Source of the DNA: an uncultured Rhodopila sp. | GTDB taxonomy: Bacteria; Pseudomonadota; Alphaproteobacteria; Acetobacterales; Acetobacteraceae | DNA: 64,000 nt | NCBI GenBank assembly: GCA_903944925.1 | Contig: CAJATU010000093.1 | Span: 26,485-90,484, forward strand | Direction of reading: 5' to 3' | Shown here: positions 11,441 to 21,728 of the stretch, piece by piece | How positions within the stretch are numbered: position 1 is the stretch's first letter | How the letters are laid out: every line of letters begins with the position of its first letter | Translations under genes and position numbers: made by a program | Notes under the pieces: generated by a model | What the model saw: only the letters and a program-made list of their open reading frames with translations | What the model was told of the DNA's origin: nothing | Databases searched by the model: none

Positions 11441-11613
11441 TAACGTTACGTAAGAATTTCAGGAATGCGAACCGCATCATGCGGCTCCACGTCCTATTCG
11501 GCCGCCCGGCACGCAGTGCGCCGGCCGCTCGAGTCAGCCGCCCGTTACAAAAAACCCCGGTTGCGTTTCCCCGCCGCCCCGGCAGACTGCCGCCGTCAAC
11601 CGGGGAGGGAACC

Positions 11614-12678
11614 ATGGGCCATAGGATCGCGATCGTCGGAGCGGGCGCTGTCGGTGCCTACGCCGGTGCGCACATGGCGCGGGCGGGCGAGGACGTCACT
11701 TTCATCGACCCCTGGCCGGCAAACGTCGAAACCATGAAGGCGCAGGGCCTGAAAGTGTCCCACATCCGCGACGTGCCCGAATGGACCACGCCGGTGCGCG
11801 CGCTGCACCTGACCGAACTCCAGCAAGTGGCCAATGAGCGGCCGTTCGACATCGCCTTCGTCTGCATGAAGTCCTACGACACCGAATGGGCGACCGTGAT
11901 GATCGCGCAATATCTGGCCCCCGCCGGATACGTGGTCTCGTTACAGAACTGCATGAACGAGGCAACCATCGCCGGCGTCGTGGGCTGGGGCAAGGTCGTC
12001 GGCTGCATCGCCAGTTCGATCACTGTCGATTTGTGCGAACCCGGCCATGTCCGCCGCGCCGCCGGCAAAAGCGGTGACAAACACACGGTGTTCCGCACCG
12101 GCGAGGTGCATGGCCGCATCACCGGGCGGGTGCGTGAGATCGAGCGCCTCGTCGCGCTGACCGATTCCGCGCTGGTGACCTCGAACCTCTGGGGTGAGCG
12201 CTGGTCCAAGCTGGTGACCAACGCCATGGCGAACGGCATGTCCGCCTGCACCGGCCTGATCAGCAGGGACATCCTGCGCAATGATACGCTGCGCCGGTTC
12301 GGCGCCCGCCTTGGCAGCGAAGCGATCCGCGTCGGCCAGGCGCTGGGCTACGAACTGGAAGACATTCACCACATCGACCCCGATGTGATTGCCCGCGCCG
12401 GTGAGGGCGACGCCGCCGCGACGCGCGAGTACGACGCGCATCGGCTGGAGGAAGTGAACAAGGCCGGCGGCGGTGAGCACCGTCCGTCGATGGGCCAGGA
12501 CATGGTGAAAGGCCGCCGCACCGAGATTGACTTCATCAACGGCCTCATCGTCCGCCAGGGCGAACAAATCGGCCTGCCGACGCCCGCCAACGCGGCACTG
12601 ACCGACATCGTCAAGCGGGTGGAGCGAGGCGAACTGCAAGCCGATGCGAAGCACCTGATCGATCTGCGGCTGAATTGA
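11614..12678 (+). CDS. Ketopantoate reductase (PanE/ApbA) family oxidoreductase
   Basis: ORF 11479..12678 trimmed to MGHRIAIVGAGAVGAYAGAHMARAGEDVTFID (Rossmann GxGxxG), preceded by GGGAGGGA. The C-terminal ApbA_C-like region contains PSMGQDMVKGRRTEIDFINGLIV. Confidence 0.75.
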   Translation: MGHRIAIVGAGAVGAYAGAHMARAGEDVTFIDPWPANVETMKAQGLKVSHIRDVPEWTTPVRALHLTELQQVANERPFDIAFVCMKSYDTEWATVMIAQYLAPAGYVVSLQNCMNEATIAGVVGWGKVVGCIASSITVDLCEPGHVRRAAGKSGDKHTVFRTGEVHGRITGRVREIERLVALTDSALVTSNLWGERWSKLVTNAMANGMSACTGLISRDILRNDTLRRFGARLGSEAIRVGQALGYELEDIHHIDPDVIARAGEGDAAATREYDAHRLEEVNKAGGGEHRPSMGQDMVKGRRTEIDFINGLIVRQGEQIGLPTPANAALTDIVKRVERGELQADAKHLIDLRLN

Positions 12679-12718
12679 GGGGGCGCACGGCGCGGCTCTC
12701 GGTGATAAACTGCCGCTC

Positions 12719-13135
12719 ATGTTGCACGCTCTTCTGCTTGGCCTGACCGGCGGTGTCCTGATTGGCGGGGCGGTTGGCCTGTTCATGCTGACCACCGGCC
12801 GGATCGCCGGGATCAGCGGCATCGCCGCCGAACTCACCGGAAGATGGCCGCCGCGCTGGGCGGAGAACCTGGCCTTCCTGGTTGGCCTGCCGGGCGGATT
12901 GCTGCTCTGGCGCGCGATCAGCGGCGCGGCCGTGCCGGTTCATCTGCCCGGGCCGGGTCTGTTGCTGATCGCGGCTGGATTGCTGGTTGGAGTTGGTACG
13001 CGGTTGGCCAGCGGTTGCACCAGCGGCCACGGCGTATGCGGATTGGCGCGGCTGTCGCCCCGTTCCCTGGCGGCAACCGCCACGTTCATGGCGGTCGCGG
13101 TGCTGGTGGTCGCCGTCAGGCGGTTGGCCGGATGA
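12719..13135 (+). CDS. YeeE/YedE-family membrane protein (first of a split pair)
   Basis: 138 aa, 4 TM. Motifs GRIAGISGI and GTRLASGCTSGHGVCGLARLS are typical of the YeeE/YedE sulfur-transport-related family. Confidence 0.75.
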   Translation: MLHALLLGLTGGVLIGGAVGLFMLTTGRIAGISGIAAELTGRWPPRWAENLAFLVGLPGGLLLWRAISGAAVPVHLPGPGLLLIAAGLLVGVGTRLASGCTSGHGVCGLARLSPRSLAATATFMAVAVLVVAVRRLAG

Positions 13136-13542
13136 AGACCCCGGGCGCTCTCGCCAGCGGCCTGCTGTTCGGGCTGGGACTGGCGATCTCCGGCATGGTG
13201 GACCCGGCGGTGGTGCTTGGTTTCCTCGATTTCGGCGGCCTGGCCGATGGCACGTGGAACCCGGCCCTGGCAGGGGTGATGGGCGGCGCGATACCGGTTG
13301 CCTTCATTCTGTATCGACTGGCCGGCAAGCGCGTGCCGCCACCGTCGCGCGTGATCGACGCGCGGTTGATCGTTGGTTCGGCCCTGTTCGGGTTGGGCTG
13401 GGGCGCGGCCGGGCTGTGCCCCGGGCCGGCGCTGGAGGGGTGGGTTTCCAATCCCCGGGCCTTGCTGTTCGGCGTCCCCATGCTTGCGGGTTTCGCGGTG
13501 TCGGGGTGGCTTACGGGACGCGGTGAAGGTGGACGATCATAG
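13132..13542 (+). CDS. YeeE/YedE-family membrane protein (second of a split pair)
   Basis: The ATG at 13132 overlaps the upstream stop (ATGA). Sequence MKTPGALASGLLFGLGLAISGMVDPAVVLGFLDF...GLGWGAAGLCPGPAL. Confidence 0.72.
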   Translation: MKTPGALASGLLFGLGLAISGMVDPAVVLGFLDFGGLADGTWNPALAGVMGGAIPVAFILYRLAGKRVPPPSRVIDARLIVGSALFGLGWGAAGLCPGPALEGWVSNPRALLFGVPMLAGFAVSGWLTGRGEGGRS

Positions 13543-13565
13543 CGGGGCCGACCGCTTACCTCGCC

Positions 13566-13596
13566 GTCATGGCCCGGCGCATTGCCCGGCCATGAC
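13566..13596. repeat. REP-like hairpin, copy A (GTCATGGCC...GGCCATGAC)
   Basis: gtcatggcccggc-gcatt-gcccggccatgac lies between the convergent YedE-like and binding-protein genes. It has a 9-bp outer stem plus a 3-bp inner stem. Confidence 0.6.
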
Positions 13597-13606
13597 AATG
13601 GCGCCC

Positions 13607-14860
13607 CTACGAACCCGATCCCTCGATCACATCGCCGAACCGCTCCCACGTCGTCCCGGTCCATTTCTGCAACTGCATCGCGCGGATCGGGTGGAAGTTC
13701 GTCGGGCTGGTGTTCACCTTGATCCCCGGCAGCAGCACCGGATCGTAGGCATCGTGCAAATTCGCCGCCTGCTTCATGATGTTGGCGCGGGAGAAATCCC
13801 CGTCGCACTGCTTCAGCACCTGCCACATCACCATGCTGACGCCGTATGCGAACGAGTGGTTCCCGTCCGTCATGTCGGCCCCCGGCATGTATTTCGCCAT
13901 GAACGCCCGCCACTCGTTCATCCCCGGGTCGTCCTTGAACACCGGATCGGTTGGATCCTTCATATACCCGGAGGTGATGATGCCGACCCCGTTTTCCGGG
14001 CCGGCCGGCGCCATCACCGAGCCAACCGAGATCGACACGTTGGTCAGGAAAAATTCCGGCCGCCAGCCCAGGTCGTGCACCTTCTTGATCGCCTGGGCGG
14101 CGAATTTCGGCGTCGCCGCCACCAGCAGCACGTCCGCGCCGGATGCCTGAAGCGTCGTCAACTGGCTGTCCACCGTCGCGTCCGACGTCTCGTAGCTGAC
14201 CTCCTTGACGACAGTGGCGGCGTATTTGTCACCCAGCACATCCTTCACGCCGGCCGGGTAATCCTTCCCGAAATCGTCGTTCTGATACAGGATCGCCAGC
14301 TTCGCTTTCGGAAACTGCGATAGCATGTATTTGGTATAGATCTGCGCCTCGGTCCGGTAGCTGGGCTGATAGCCCATCGTCCAGGGGAAGTGCTTGTAGT
14401 CGCCCCATTTGTCCGCCCCGGTCGAGATGAACAACTGCGGCACTTTCTTCTGGTTGATATAGCGTTGCACCGCCGTCTGCGTCGGCGTGCCGAGGCTCTG
14501 GAACAGGAACGCGACCTGGTCCTCCTCGATCAGCCGGCGGGTCTGCTCAACCGTCTTCGGCGGGCTGTAGGCGTCATCGTAGGAGATGAAGTTGATTGCG
14601 TGGCCGGCCACGCCGCCCTGGTCGTTGACCATTTTGAAGAACGCCGTCTCGGTCTTGGCGATCACGCCATACGCCGAGGCGGGTCCGCTGTAGGCGTCGG
14701 TATTGCCGATTTTGATTTCCGTGCCCGTCACCCCGGGCAGATCGTCCGCCGAGGCCGGCATCGTTCCCGCGGCCAGCGCGGAAAGCGCGAGCGCGCCGAT
14801 CACCGACCGGACCGGCCGGCGGCGACGGGTTGTCGGATCCTGGTTCGTCAGCAAAGTCAT
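13607..14860 (-). CDS. ABC transporter substrate-binding protein, branched-chain amino acid (LivK/Leu-Ile-Val-binding) family
   Basis: 417 aa. The N-terminal signal has an RRRR motif (TRRRRPVRSVIGALALSALAAG). The periplasmic binding protein type I pattern is present (IKIGNTDAYSGPASAYG...). Confidence 0.8.
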   Translation of the reverse strand: MTLLTNQDPTTRRRRPVRSVIGALALSALAAGTMPASADDLPGVTGTEIKIGNTDAYSGPASAYGVIAKTETAFFKMVNDQGGVAGHAINFISYDDAYSPPKTVEQTRRLIEEDQVAFLFQSLGTPTQTAVQRYINQKKVPQLFISTGADKWGDYKHFPWTMGYQPSYRTEAQIYTKYMLSQFPKAKLAILYQNDDFGKDYPAGVKDVLGDKYAATVVKEVSYETSDATVDSQLTTLQASGADVLLVAATPKFAAQAIKKVHDLGWRPEFFLTNVSISVGSVMAPAGPENGVGIITSGYMKDPTDPVFKDDPGMNEWRAFMAKYMPGADMTDGNHSFAYGVSMVMWQVLKQCDGDFSRANIMKQAANLHDAYDPVLLPGIKVNTSPTNFHPIRAMQLQKWTGTTWERFGDVIEGSGS

Positions 14861-15054
14861 TCTTTATACTCCCTGGACCGGAGCATGTTTGCCCCATCGC
14901 CGGCCGAAGGCAACGGAGGCGAAGCGCCGGTCGCAGCCGTTTGCGTATGCATGCCGTTTCACTTTTCTATCAAAAGCTGCTGTGCAGCCTCTTTTCCGGC
15001 GGCTTTGCTATGCTACGTCTGGGTCATGGGCCGCACGACTCTTCATCCTTCCGT

Positions 15055-16389
15055 ATGAGCACCAGCGTTTCCTTGTCCGGCGCGGCAATGGCCGATGCCG
15101 TGACCATGACCGCGCCGCGGCTGCAGGAGTGCCCTGATTGCGGGCAGATGCAGGTGGTTCCGGCGATGCCGCCAGCCACCCGCGCCGTCTGCCTGCGCTG
15201 CGACGCGGTGCTGCGGCATACGCGCTTCCACCCTTTTGTCCTGCCCGCCGCGCTGAATCTCTCCGCCCTGATCCTGTTCGGTGTCGCCGGTACCCTGACC
15301 GTGATGTCCGTCACCAACGCCGGGCAGCAGCGGGCCGCGAGCCTGGTCAGCGGTCCCGCCGAACTCGAATACTATGGCCTGTGGGAACTCTCGGTCGTGG
15401 TCCTGGTCACCACCTTCGCCGCACCGCTCGCCAGGGTGCTGTGCATGCTGACCGTCCTGGCGGGCCTGCGCCTGCACCGCCCGCCGGCCGAGCTGCGTGC
15501 TATCTACGCCTGGGTCGAGCGGTTGCGGCCCTGGTCGATGATCGAGATCTACATGCTGGGACTGTACGTGGCCTATGTCCGCCTCAGCGCCATCGCCACC
15601 GTTACCATCGGTCCCGCGCTCTATGCGCTGGGCGGCCTTATCGGCGTCATGCTGCTGGCCGATATTGCGCTCGACGACCAGGCGGTGTGGGAGGCGATGG
15701 AGCCGCCGAACCGCCGCCGCCGTGCCGTGATCCGCGGCTTGCGGCTCGGCACGCGGCCTGACACCGCATGCCGACGCCGCCTCGGCTGCGACACCTGCGG
15801 CCTGGTCAGCCGCGCGGCCGAGGGCACGCCCTGCCCGCGTTGCGGCTACCGTTTGCGCGACCGCAAGCCGAAGGCGATCCAGCGCACCTGGGCCTACGCC
15901 ATCGCGGCGCTGATGCTTTACATTCCCGCCAACGTCTATCCGGTGCTGACGGTGATCCAGCTCGGGTCGGGCGAACCCAGCACCATCCTGGGCGGCGTGG
16001 TTGAGCTGGTCGATTACGGCATGTGGCCGCTGGCGCTGCTGGTGTTCTTTGCCAGCGTGGCGGTGCCGGTGCTGAAACTCATCGGCCTGGGGGTCTTGCT
16101 GATCTCCACCCAGCTTGGTTCGCCGCACGGACTGCGTGACCGCACCGTCCTGTATCGCGTGGTCGATGCCATCGGCCGCTGGTCGATGATCGACATTTTC
16201 ATGGAGTCCATCCTGGTGGCGCTGGTGCAATTCGGCACGATCGCGAGCGTTTATCCCGGCCCCGGCGCGATCGCCTTCTCCGCCGTGGTCATCCTGACCA
16301 TGTTCGCCGCCCGCAGCTTCGATCCGCGCCTGATGTGGGACCGGGCACAGCCGTTGGCCCGCCCGTCAGCCCCCACGGACACTCCGTGA
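15055..16389 (+). CDS. pqiA: Paraquat-inducible protein A (PqiA), two-domain
   Basis: ORF 14830..16389 trimmed to the first ATG beyond the divergent gene. It has two CxxC...CxxC zinc-ribbon-like motifs (CPDCGQ...CLRCDA and CDTCGL...CPRCGY), each followed by a PqiA TM module (RWSMIDIFMESILVALV). Confidence 0.85.
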   Translation: MSTSVSLSGAAMADAVTMTAPRLQECPDCGQMQVVPAMPPATRAVCLRCDAVLRHTRFHPFVLPAALNLSALILFGVAGTLTVMSVTNAGQQRAASLVSGPAELEYYGLWELSVVVLVTTFAAPLARVLCMLTVLAGLRLHRPPAELRAIYAWVERLRPWSMIEIYMLGLYVAYVRLSAIATVTIGPALYALGGLIGVMLLADIALDDQAVWEAMEPPNRRRRAVIRGLRLGTRPDTACRRRLGCDTCGLVSRAAEGTPCPRCGYRLRDRKPKAIQRTWAYAIAALMLYIPANVYPVLTVIQLGSGEPSTILGGVVELVDYGMWPLALLVFFASVAVPVLKLIGLGVLLISTQLGSPHGLRDRTVLYRVVDAIGRWSMIDIFMESILVALVQFGTIASVYPGPGAIAFSAVVILTMFAARSFDPRLMWDRAQPLARPSAPTDTP

Positions 16390-18074
16390 GCGATCGGCCG
16401 CCCTCCGCCGTCGTGCGATCCTTGCTTGATCGCAAGCGCGGCCTGTCGCTGATCTGGGCCATCCCGGTGGTAACCCTGTTCATCGGCGGCTGGCTCGCCT
16501 GGCGGACCTGGTCGGAGCGCGGGCCGCTGATTACCGTCACGTTCGAAACCGCCGAGGGGCTGCAGGCGACCCAGTCACATGTCCGGCACAAGGAAGTCGA
16601 TATGGGCGTGGTGCAGAAAATCGCACTGAGCACCGATCTCAGCCGGGTCGTGGTGACGGTGCGGATGAACAAGGAAGCCGCGCCGCTGCTGACCGACAAG
16701 GCGCGCTTCTGGGTGGTCCGGCCCCGCTTCTTCGCCGGATCGATCAGCGGCCTGTCCACGCTGTTTTCAGGTTCCTACATCGACCTGCTGCCCTCGGGCG
16801 AAGGCGGGGAGCAGCAAACCGCATTCGTCGGGCTGGAAAATCCGCCCGTGCTGCAGTCGGACGTCCCCGGCCGCACCTTCCTGCTGGATGCCAATCGTAT
16901 CGGCTCGCTCAATCTCGGTTCGCCCATCATGTTCCGCGACCTGGAGGCAGGGGAAATCCTGGGCTGGGACGTGGACGAAATGGCGCGGAACATCACCGTG
17001 CATGCCTTCGTGCGCGCCCCGTTCGACAAGTATGTGCATGACAATTCGCGCTTCTGGAACGCCTCGGGCGCGACCGTGCAGCTTGGCACCAACGGCCTGC
17101 AGTTCCAGGTCGAATCGCTCCGCGCCATCGTCCTGGGCGGCATCGCCTTCGACACGCCTGACGATCCGGCGGTGACCGGGGAAAGCGATCCCAACCGCAA
17201 GTTCACGCTGTATCCGAACAAGGAGGCGGCGGACTCTTCGGTCTTCAAGCGCAGCGTGCCGTTCGTGGCCAACTTCACCACATCGGTATCCGGCCTCGGT
17301 TCCGGCTCGCCGGTGATGCTGCGCGGCCTGAAGATCGGCGAGGTGTCCCGCGTCTCCCTGGTTTACGACCGAGCCGCCGATACCGTCGTGGTGCCGGTGC
17401 ACTTCACCCTGGAACCCGAGCGGATCGCGATGCTGGACCTGCCGACGGACGGGGATCTGGATTCCCGGATGCGGGCGCTGATCCATCGCGGCCTGCGGGT
17501 GAAGCTGGAGAGCGGCAGTATCCTGACCGGCCAGAAGCAGTTGGTGATGGACATTTTCCCGGGAGCGGGTGCCGCGGAGCTGCGCAAGGACGGTGGGGAT
17601 TACGTGGTCCCCGTGCTGGGCGGCAGCGCGGACGACGTCGCCACCGCGGCCACCAACCTGGTCAACCGGTTGAACAGCATCCCGTTCGAGACCATCGGGC
17701 AGAACCTGAACCAGACCCTGGCCGGCGTGAACGGGCTGGTGAACGACAAGCAGCTTGGCCAGTCGATCGCTGCGTTGCGGGCGACCCTCGCCAGTACCCG
17801 CGAGCTGGTGGACACCCTCAATCGCGGCATCACGCCGGCGGCGAAGCGCCTGCCGGCGATCTCCGCCGGGCTGGAGGACGCGGTCAACCGCACCAACAAG
17901 CTAATTGGCTCGGTGGAGACCGGCTATGGCGGCGATTCGCGGTTCAGCCGCGATGTCGATCGCCTGATGATGCAGCTTTCCGACGCCTCGCGCTCGATCC
18001 GCGTGCTGGCGGACCTGCTGTCGCGCCATCCGGAGGCGCTGATCCGCGGACGCACGGACCAGGGGCTTCAGTGA
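16386..18074 (+). CDS. pqiB: PqiB-like MlaD/MCE-domain protein
   Basis: A GTG start overlaps the pqiA stop (GTGA). It has an N-terminal TM (LSLIWAIPVVTLFIGGWLAW), then repeated MCE domains and a C-terminal helical region. Confidence 0.82.
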   Translation: MSDRPPSAVVRSLLDRKRGLSLIWAIPVVTLFIGGWLAWRTWSERGPLITVTFETAEGLQATQSHVRHKEVDMGVVQKIALSTDLSRVVVTVRMNKEAAPLLTDKARFWVVRPRFFAGSISGLSTLFSGSYIDLLPSGEGGEQQTAFVGLENPPVLQSDVPGRTFLLDANRIGSLNLGSPIMFRDLEAGEILGWDVDEMARNITVHAFVRAPFDKYVHDNSRFWNASGATVQLGTNGLQFQVESLRAIVLGGIAFDTPDDPAVTGESDPNRKFTLYPNKEAADSSVFKRSVPFVANFTTSVSGLGSGSPVMLRGLKIGEVSRVSLVYDRAADTVVVPVHFTLEPERIAMLDLPTDGDLDSRMRALIHRGLRVKLESGSILTGQKQLVMDIFPGAGAAELRKDGGDYVVPVLGGSADDVATAATNLVNRLNSIPFETIGQNLNQTLAGVNGLVNDKQLGQSIAALRATLASTRELVDTLNRGITPAAKRLPAISAGLEDAVNRTNKLIGSVETGYGGDSRFSRDVDRLMMQLSDASRSIRVLADLLSRHPEALIRGRTDQGLQ

Positions 18075-18640
18075 TGCTGTCGCGGCGTGTGCTGTTGCTG
18101 GCGACACTGCCGGCGGCTTGTTCTTCGCCCAATCCGACGCTGTATGTGCTGGCGCCCGAACCCGGAGCAGTGCTGACAGCCGCGCCGCAGACGATCGACG
18201 TGCGGCCGATATCGCTGGCGCGATACCTGGAAAGGTCGACGATTGTGCGTTCGTCCGAAGGCTATCGGGTCGACGTTCTGGCGAATGAATGGTGGGGCGA
18301 GCCGCTGGACTCGATGATGATGCGGGTCCTGGTGCTTGATCTGACCCAACGGCTGCCCGGTAGCGCCGTTTACGGCGACACGGGGGCGATCACCACGCCG
18401 CCGGACGCAACGGTCGAGGTCAACGTCCAGCGTTTCGATCTGGGTCGTGACGGTGCGGTGTTGCTGGCCGCCCAGGTGGCGATCGAAGGGCCTGCCGCTT
18501 TGGCGCGGGGTGTGTCCCTGACGGTTCGCCCGGCGGACGGATCGACGCAGGCGCTGGTTGCGGCGATGAGTGCCGCCACCGGCCAGCTTGCCGACACGAT
18601 CGCCGCGATGCTGGCCGATCGGCGGGCGACGCGAAGGTAG
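18071..18640 (+). CDS. pqiC: PqiC/YmbA-like ABC-type transport auxiliary lipoprotein
   Basis: 189 aa with a lipobox LLATLPAAC-S. It overlaps the pqiB stop and sits in the third position of a pqiABC operon. Confidence 0.72.
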   Translation: MMLSRRVLLLATLPAACSSPNPTLYVLAPEPGAVLTAAPQTIDVRPISLARYLERSTIVRSSEGYRVDVLANEWWGEPLDSMMMRVLVLDLTQRLPGSAVYGDTGAITTPPDATVEVNVQRFDLGRDGAVLLAAQVAIEGPAALARGVSLTVRPADGSTQALVAAMSAATGQLADTIAAMLADRRATRR

Positions 18641-18648
18641 TCGAACCG

Positions 18649-19455
18649 TCAGGCCAGTCTCCCGACATCCACCGTGACGCCGTGGCCCAACGGTCCGTGG
18701 CCGCCGCCGAACCCCGGCGCGGCGAGGATTGCCGCCCGCACATAGGCCCGGGCGCGGATCACCGCATCCCGGAGCGAAAATCCCTGCGCCAGGCCAGCCG
18801 CCACCGCCGAGGCCGTCGTGCATCCGGTGCCATGCGTGTGCCGCGTCTCAATTCGCGGCGCCGCGAACGCCTCAACCCCGGCGGCGGTAGCCAACAGATC
18901 GGTTACCGTGGCCGAAGCCAGGTGCCCGCCCTTCAGCAGCACGGCCGGCGCCCCCAATCCGAGCAGCATCGCCGCCGCCGCCCGCATCTCCGCCTCGGTG
19001 CCGATGGACGTGCCGGTCAGTGCCTCCGCTTCCGGCAGGTTTGGCGTGATCACCGCGGCGAGCGGCAGCAGCCGCCGGCGCAGGATGTCCACCGCCTCCG
19101 GCGCAAGCAGCGCGTGGCCACCCTTAGCCACCATCACCGGATCGAGCACCACCGGTACCAAGGCGGCAAAATCCGCCAACGCATCGCAGACCGCCTCGAT
19201 CGTCGCGACATCGCCCAGCATGCCGATCTTGATGACGTCGGCGCCGATGTCGGTCATGACGACCTCGATCTGTTGACGGATGAACGCTGGCGGCACCGGC
19301 ATCACGCCGTGCACGCCCAGCGTGTTCTGCGCGGTCAGCGCCGTGATCGCCGTCGCCGCAAAGGCACCGAGCGCCGTAATGGTCTTGATATCGGCCTGAA
19401 TGCCCGCACCGCCGCCCGAATCGGATCCTGCGATGACCAGGACCCGCCCGTGCAT
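18649..19455 (-). CDS. thiD: Hydroxymethylpyrimidine/phosphomethylpyrimidine kinase ThiD
   Basis: ORF trimmed to [30 protein letters not shown] (ThiD signature). The ATG overlaps the glmM stop (ATGA). Confidence 0.88.
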   Translation of the reverse strand: MHGRVLVIAGSDSGGGAGIQADIKTITALGAFAATAITALTAQNTLGVHGVMPVPPAFIRQQIEVVMTDIGADVIKIGMLGDVATIEAVCDALADFAALVPVVLDPVMVAKGGHALLAPEAVDILRRRLLPLAAVITPNLPEAEALTGTSIGTEAEMRAAAAMLLGLGAPAVLLKGGHLASATVTDLLATAAGVEAFAAPRIETRHTHGTGCTTASAVAAGLAQGFSLRDAVIRARAYVRAAILAAPGFGGGHGPLGHGVTVDVGRLA

Positions 19456-20825
19456 CAGGCGACGGCTTCCCGCAGCCGGGCAGCCTCGGCGATGGTTTCG
19501 CACAACGTATCGACCACGTCGGCAACCAGATCCGGGTCCTCGCCCTCGGCCATCACCCGCACCAGCGGCTCGGTGCCGCTTTCGCGGATCAGCACGCGTC
19601 CGGCGCCGTGCAGGCGCAATTCCTGCTGGCGGATCGCCGCCTGCACGTGGTCCTGGCGCAGCGGTGAAGGGCCGGCGAAACGGACATTCTTCAACCGTTG
19701 CGGCAGCCGCTTGAATACCTGGCACACCTCCGACGCCGGGCGTCCCTTCTGCACCAGCACCGCCAGCACCTGAAGCGCGGCCAGCAAGCCGTCGCCGGTC
19801 GTCGCGAAGTCGGACAAGATCAGATGTCCGGATTGTTCGCCACCGACATTCATCCCGGTTGCCCGCATATGTTCCGCGACGTAACGGTCACCGACCTTGG
19901 TGCGATGCAGTTCCAGCCCGAGTGCTTCGAGATGCCGCTCCAGCCCCAGGTTCGACATCACCGTCGCGGCGATGCCACCGCCGCGCAGCGTGCCAGCCTG
20001 ACGCCAGGTCTCGGCGATCAGCCCGAGGATCTGGTCCCCGTCCACCAATTCCCCATTCTCATCCGCGATCTGCAGCCGATCGGCGTCGCCGTCGAGGGCG
20101 ATGCCGATTTGGGCGCCATGCTCGAGAACCTTGGCGCAGATGAACTCCGGCACGGTCGAGCCGCAACCCTTGTTGATGTTGAAACCATCCGGTGTCACGC
20201 CAAGCGGGATCACCGTCGCGCCGAGTTCCCACAGCACGGTCGGGGCAACCTTGTAAGCCGCCCCGTTGGCGCAGTCGATGACGATGCGCAGCCCGTCGAG
20301 GCGCAGTCCACGCGGGAAGCTGGCCTTGGCCACTTCTATGTACCGGCCGGCGGCGTCGTCCAGCCGCGCCGCCCGGCCCAACAGATGCGGTTCGGCCAAC
20401 CGGTCGCCGAAGCCGCTGTCCATCAGCGCCTCGATCTCCAGTTCCTTCTCATCCGAAAGCTTCGCGCCATCGGGCCCGAACAACTTGATGCCATTGTCCT
20501 CATAAGGATTATGCGAGGCCGATATCATCACCCCGAGATCGGCGCGCAGCGAGCGCGTCAGCATCGCCACGGCGGGCGTCGGCAGCGGGCCGAGCAGGGT
20601 GACATCCATGCCGGCGCCGACGAAACCGGCGGTCAGCGCGGGTTCGATCATATACCCGGACAATCGCGTGTCCTTGCCGATGACCACGCGATGGCGATGC
20701 TCGCCGCGGGTGAACAGCAGGCCGGCCGCCTGCCCGAGCCGGAGGGCGATACCGGCCGTCATGGGCTCCGTATTCGCCTTGCCCCTGATACCGTCAGTCC
20801 CGAAAAGACGCCTTGTAGTCGTCAT
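19455..20825 (-). CDS. glmM: Phosphoglucosamine mutase GlmM
   Basis: [18 protein letters not shown]..., active-site [13 protein letters not shown], conserved length. Confidence 0.92.
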   Translation of the reverse strand: MTTTRRLFGTDGIRGKANTEPMTAGIALRLGQAAGLLFTRGEHRHRVVIGKDTRLSGYMIEPALTAGFVGAGMDVTLLGPLPTPAVAMLTRSLRADLGVMISASHNPYEDNGIKLFGPDGAKLSDEKELEIEALMDSGFGDRLAEPHLLGRAARLDDAAGRYIEVAKASFPRGLRLDGLRIVIDCANGAAYKVAPTVLWELGATVIPLGVTPDGFNINKGCGSTVPEFICAKVLEHGAQIGIALDGDADRLQIADENGELVDGDQILGLIAETWRQAGTLRGGGIAATVMSNLGLERHLEALGLELHRTKVGDRYVAEHMRATGMNVGGEQSGHLILSDFATTGDGLLAALQVLAVLVQKGRPASEVCQVFKRLPQRLKNVRFAGPSPLRQDHVQAAIRQQELRLHGAGRVLIRESGTEPLVRVMAEGEDPDLVADVVDTLCETIAEAARLREAVA

Positions 20826-20891
20826 GGCCAACCGCCGTTCCGTTTGCAACGAGCGCGGGGACGGCCCGCGTTGAGCAAGCGGAACCGTGCG

Positions 20892-21728
20892 TCAATCGAA
20901 CAATGAACGCCAGACACGAAACGCTTGTACTGTCTCACGTACGTCATGGACACGAACGATTGCGGCGCCGCGTAGCGCCGCGAACACAGCCGCCGCCAGA
21001 GACCCGCCCAACCGCCGATCGGCCCGGGGCTCGCCGGAGAGGGCGCCGATGAAGGATTTGCGGGAAACGCCAATGAGCACCGGGTAGCCAAGGCCGGTGA
21101 ACGCGGCCAATTCCCGCAGCAGCGCCCGCGACTGGTCCGCCAGTTTGGCAAAGCCGATCCCGGGATCGATAGCGATATTTTTACGTGCGATGCCCGCGGC
21201 AAGGGCTGCTTCGACCCGCTCCAGCAGCTCGGAACGTACCTCGGCGACGACATCCCCATAGGTGGCCATCGCATTCATCGTCGCCGGCGTGCCGCGCATA
21301 TGCATCAGCACGATGGGACAGTTCCGCGCCGCCACCAGGGCGGCGGCCGCGGGATCGTGCGTCAGCCCGGACACATCATTGATGATAGCGGCACCCGCAT
21401 CCAGCACGGCACGCATCGTTGCGGCGTTCCGGGTGTCAACCGAGACGCACAATCCCGCCCGCGAAAGGGCGCGGGCGACCGGGACGACCCGCGCCTGCTC
21501 GATGTCCGGCGGTACGGCGGCAGCCCCGGGGCGGGTGCTTTCGCCACCGACATCGATGATGTCGGCGCCGTCCTCGGCCATCGCCAAACCCGCGGCAATG
21601 GCGGCATCCGGCCCGGCGTCGCGGCCGCCGTCGCTGAAGCTGTCGGGGGTCACATTGAGGATGCCCATGACCAGCGGACGATCGAGCGGCAGTCCGGCCC
21701 AACGGGGGAGTTCGTGCGAGGTGAGCAT
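20892..21728 (-). CDS. folP: Dihydropteroate synthase FolP
   Basis: VMGILNVTPDSFSDGG..., DIIDVGGESTRPGA, classic folP-glmM linkage. Confidence 0.9.
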   Translation of the reverse strand: MLTSHELPRWAGLPLDRPLVMGILNVTPDSFSDGGRDAGPDAAIAAGLAMAEDGADIIDVGGESTRPGAAAVPPDIEQARVVPVARALSRAGLCVSVDTRNAATMRAVLDAGAAIINDVSGLTHDPAAAALVAARNCPIVLMHMRGTPATMNAMATYGDVVAEVRSELLERVEAALAAGIARKNIAIDPGIGFAKLADQSRALLRELAAFTGLGYPVLIGVSRKSFIGALSGEPRADRRLGGSLAAAVFAALRGAAIVRVHDVRETVQAFRVWRSLFD

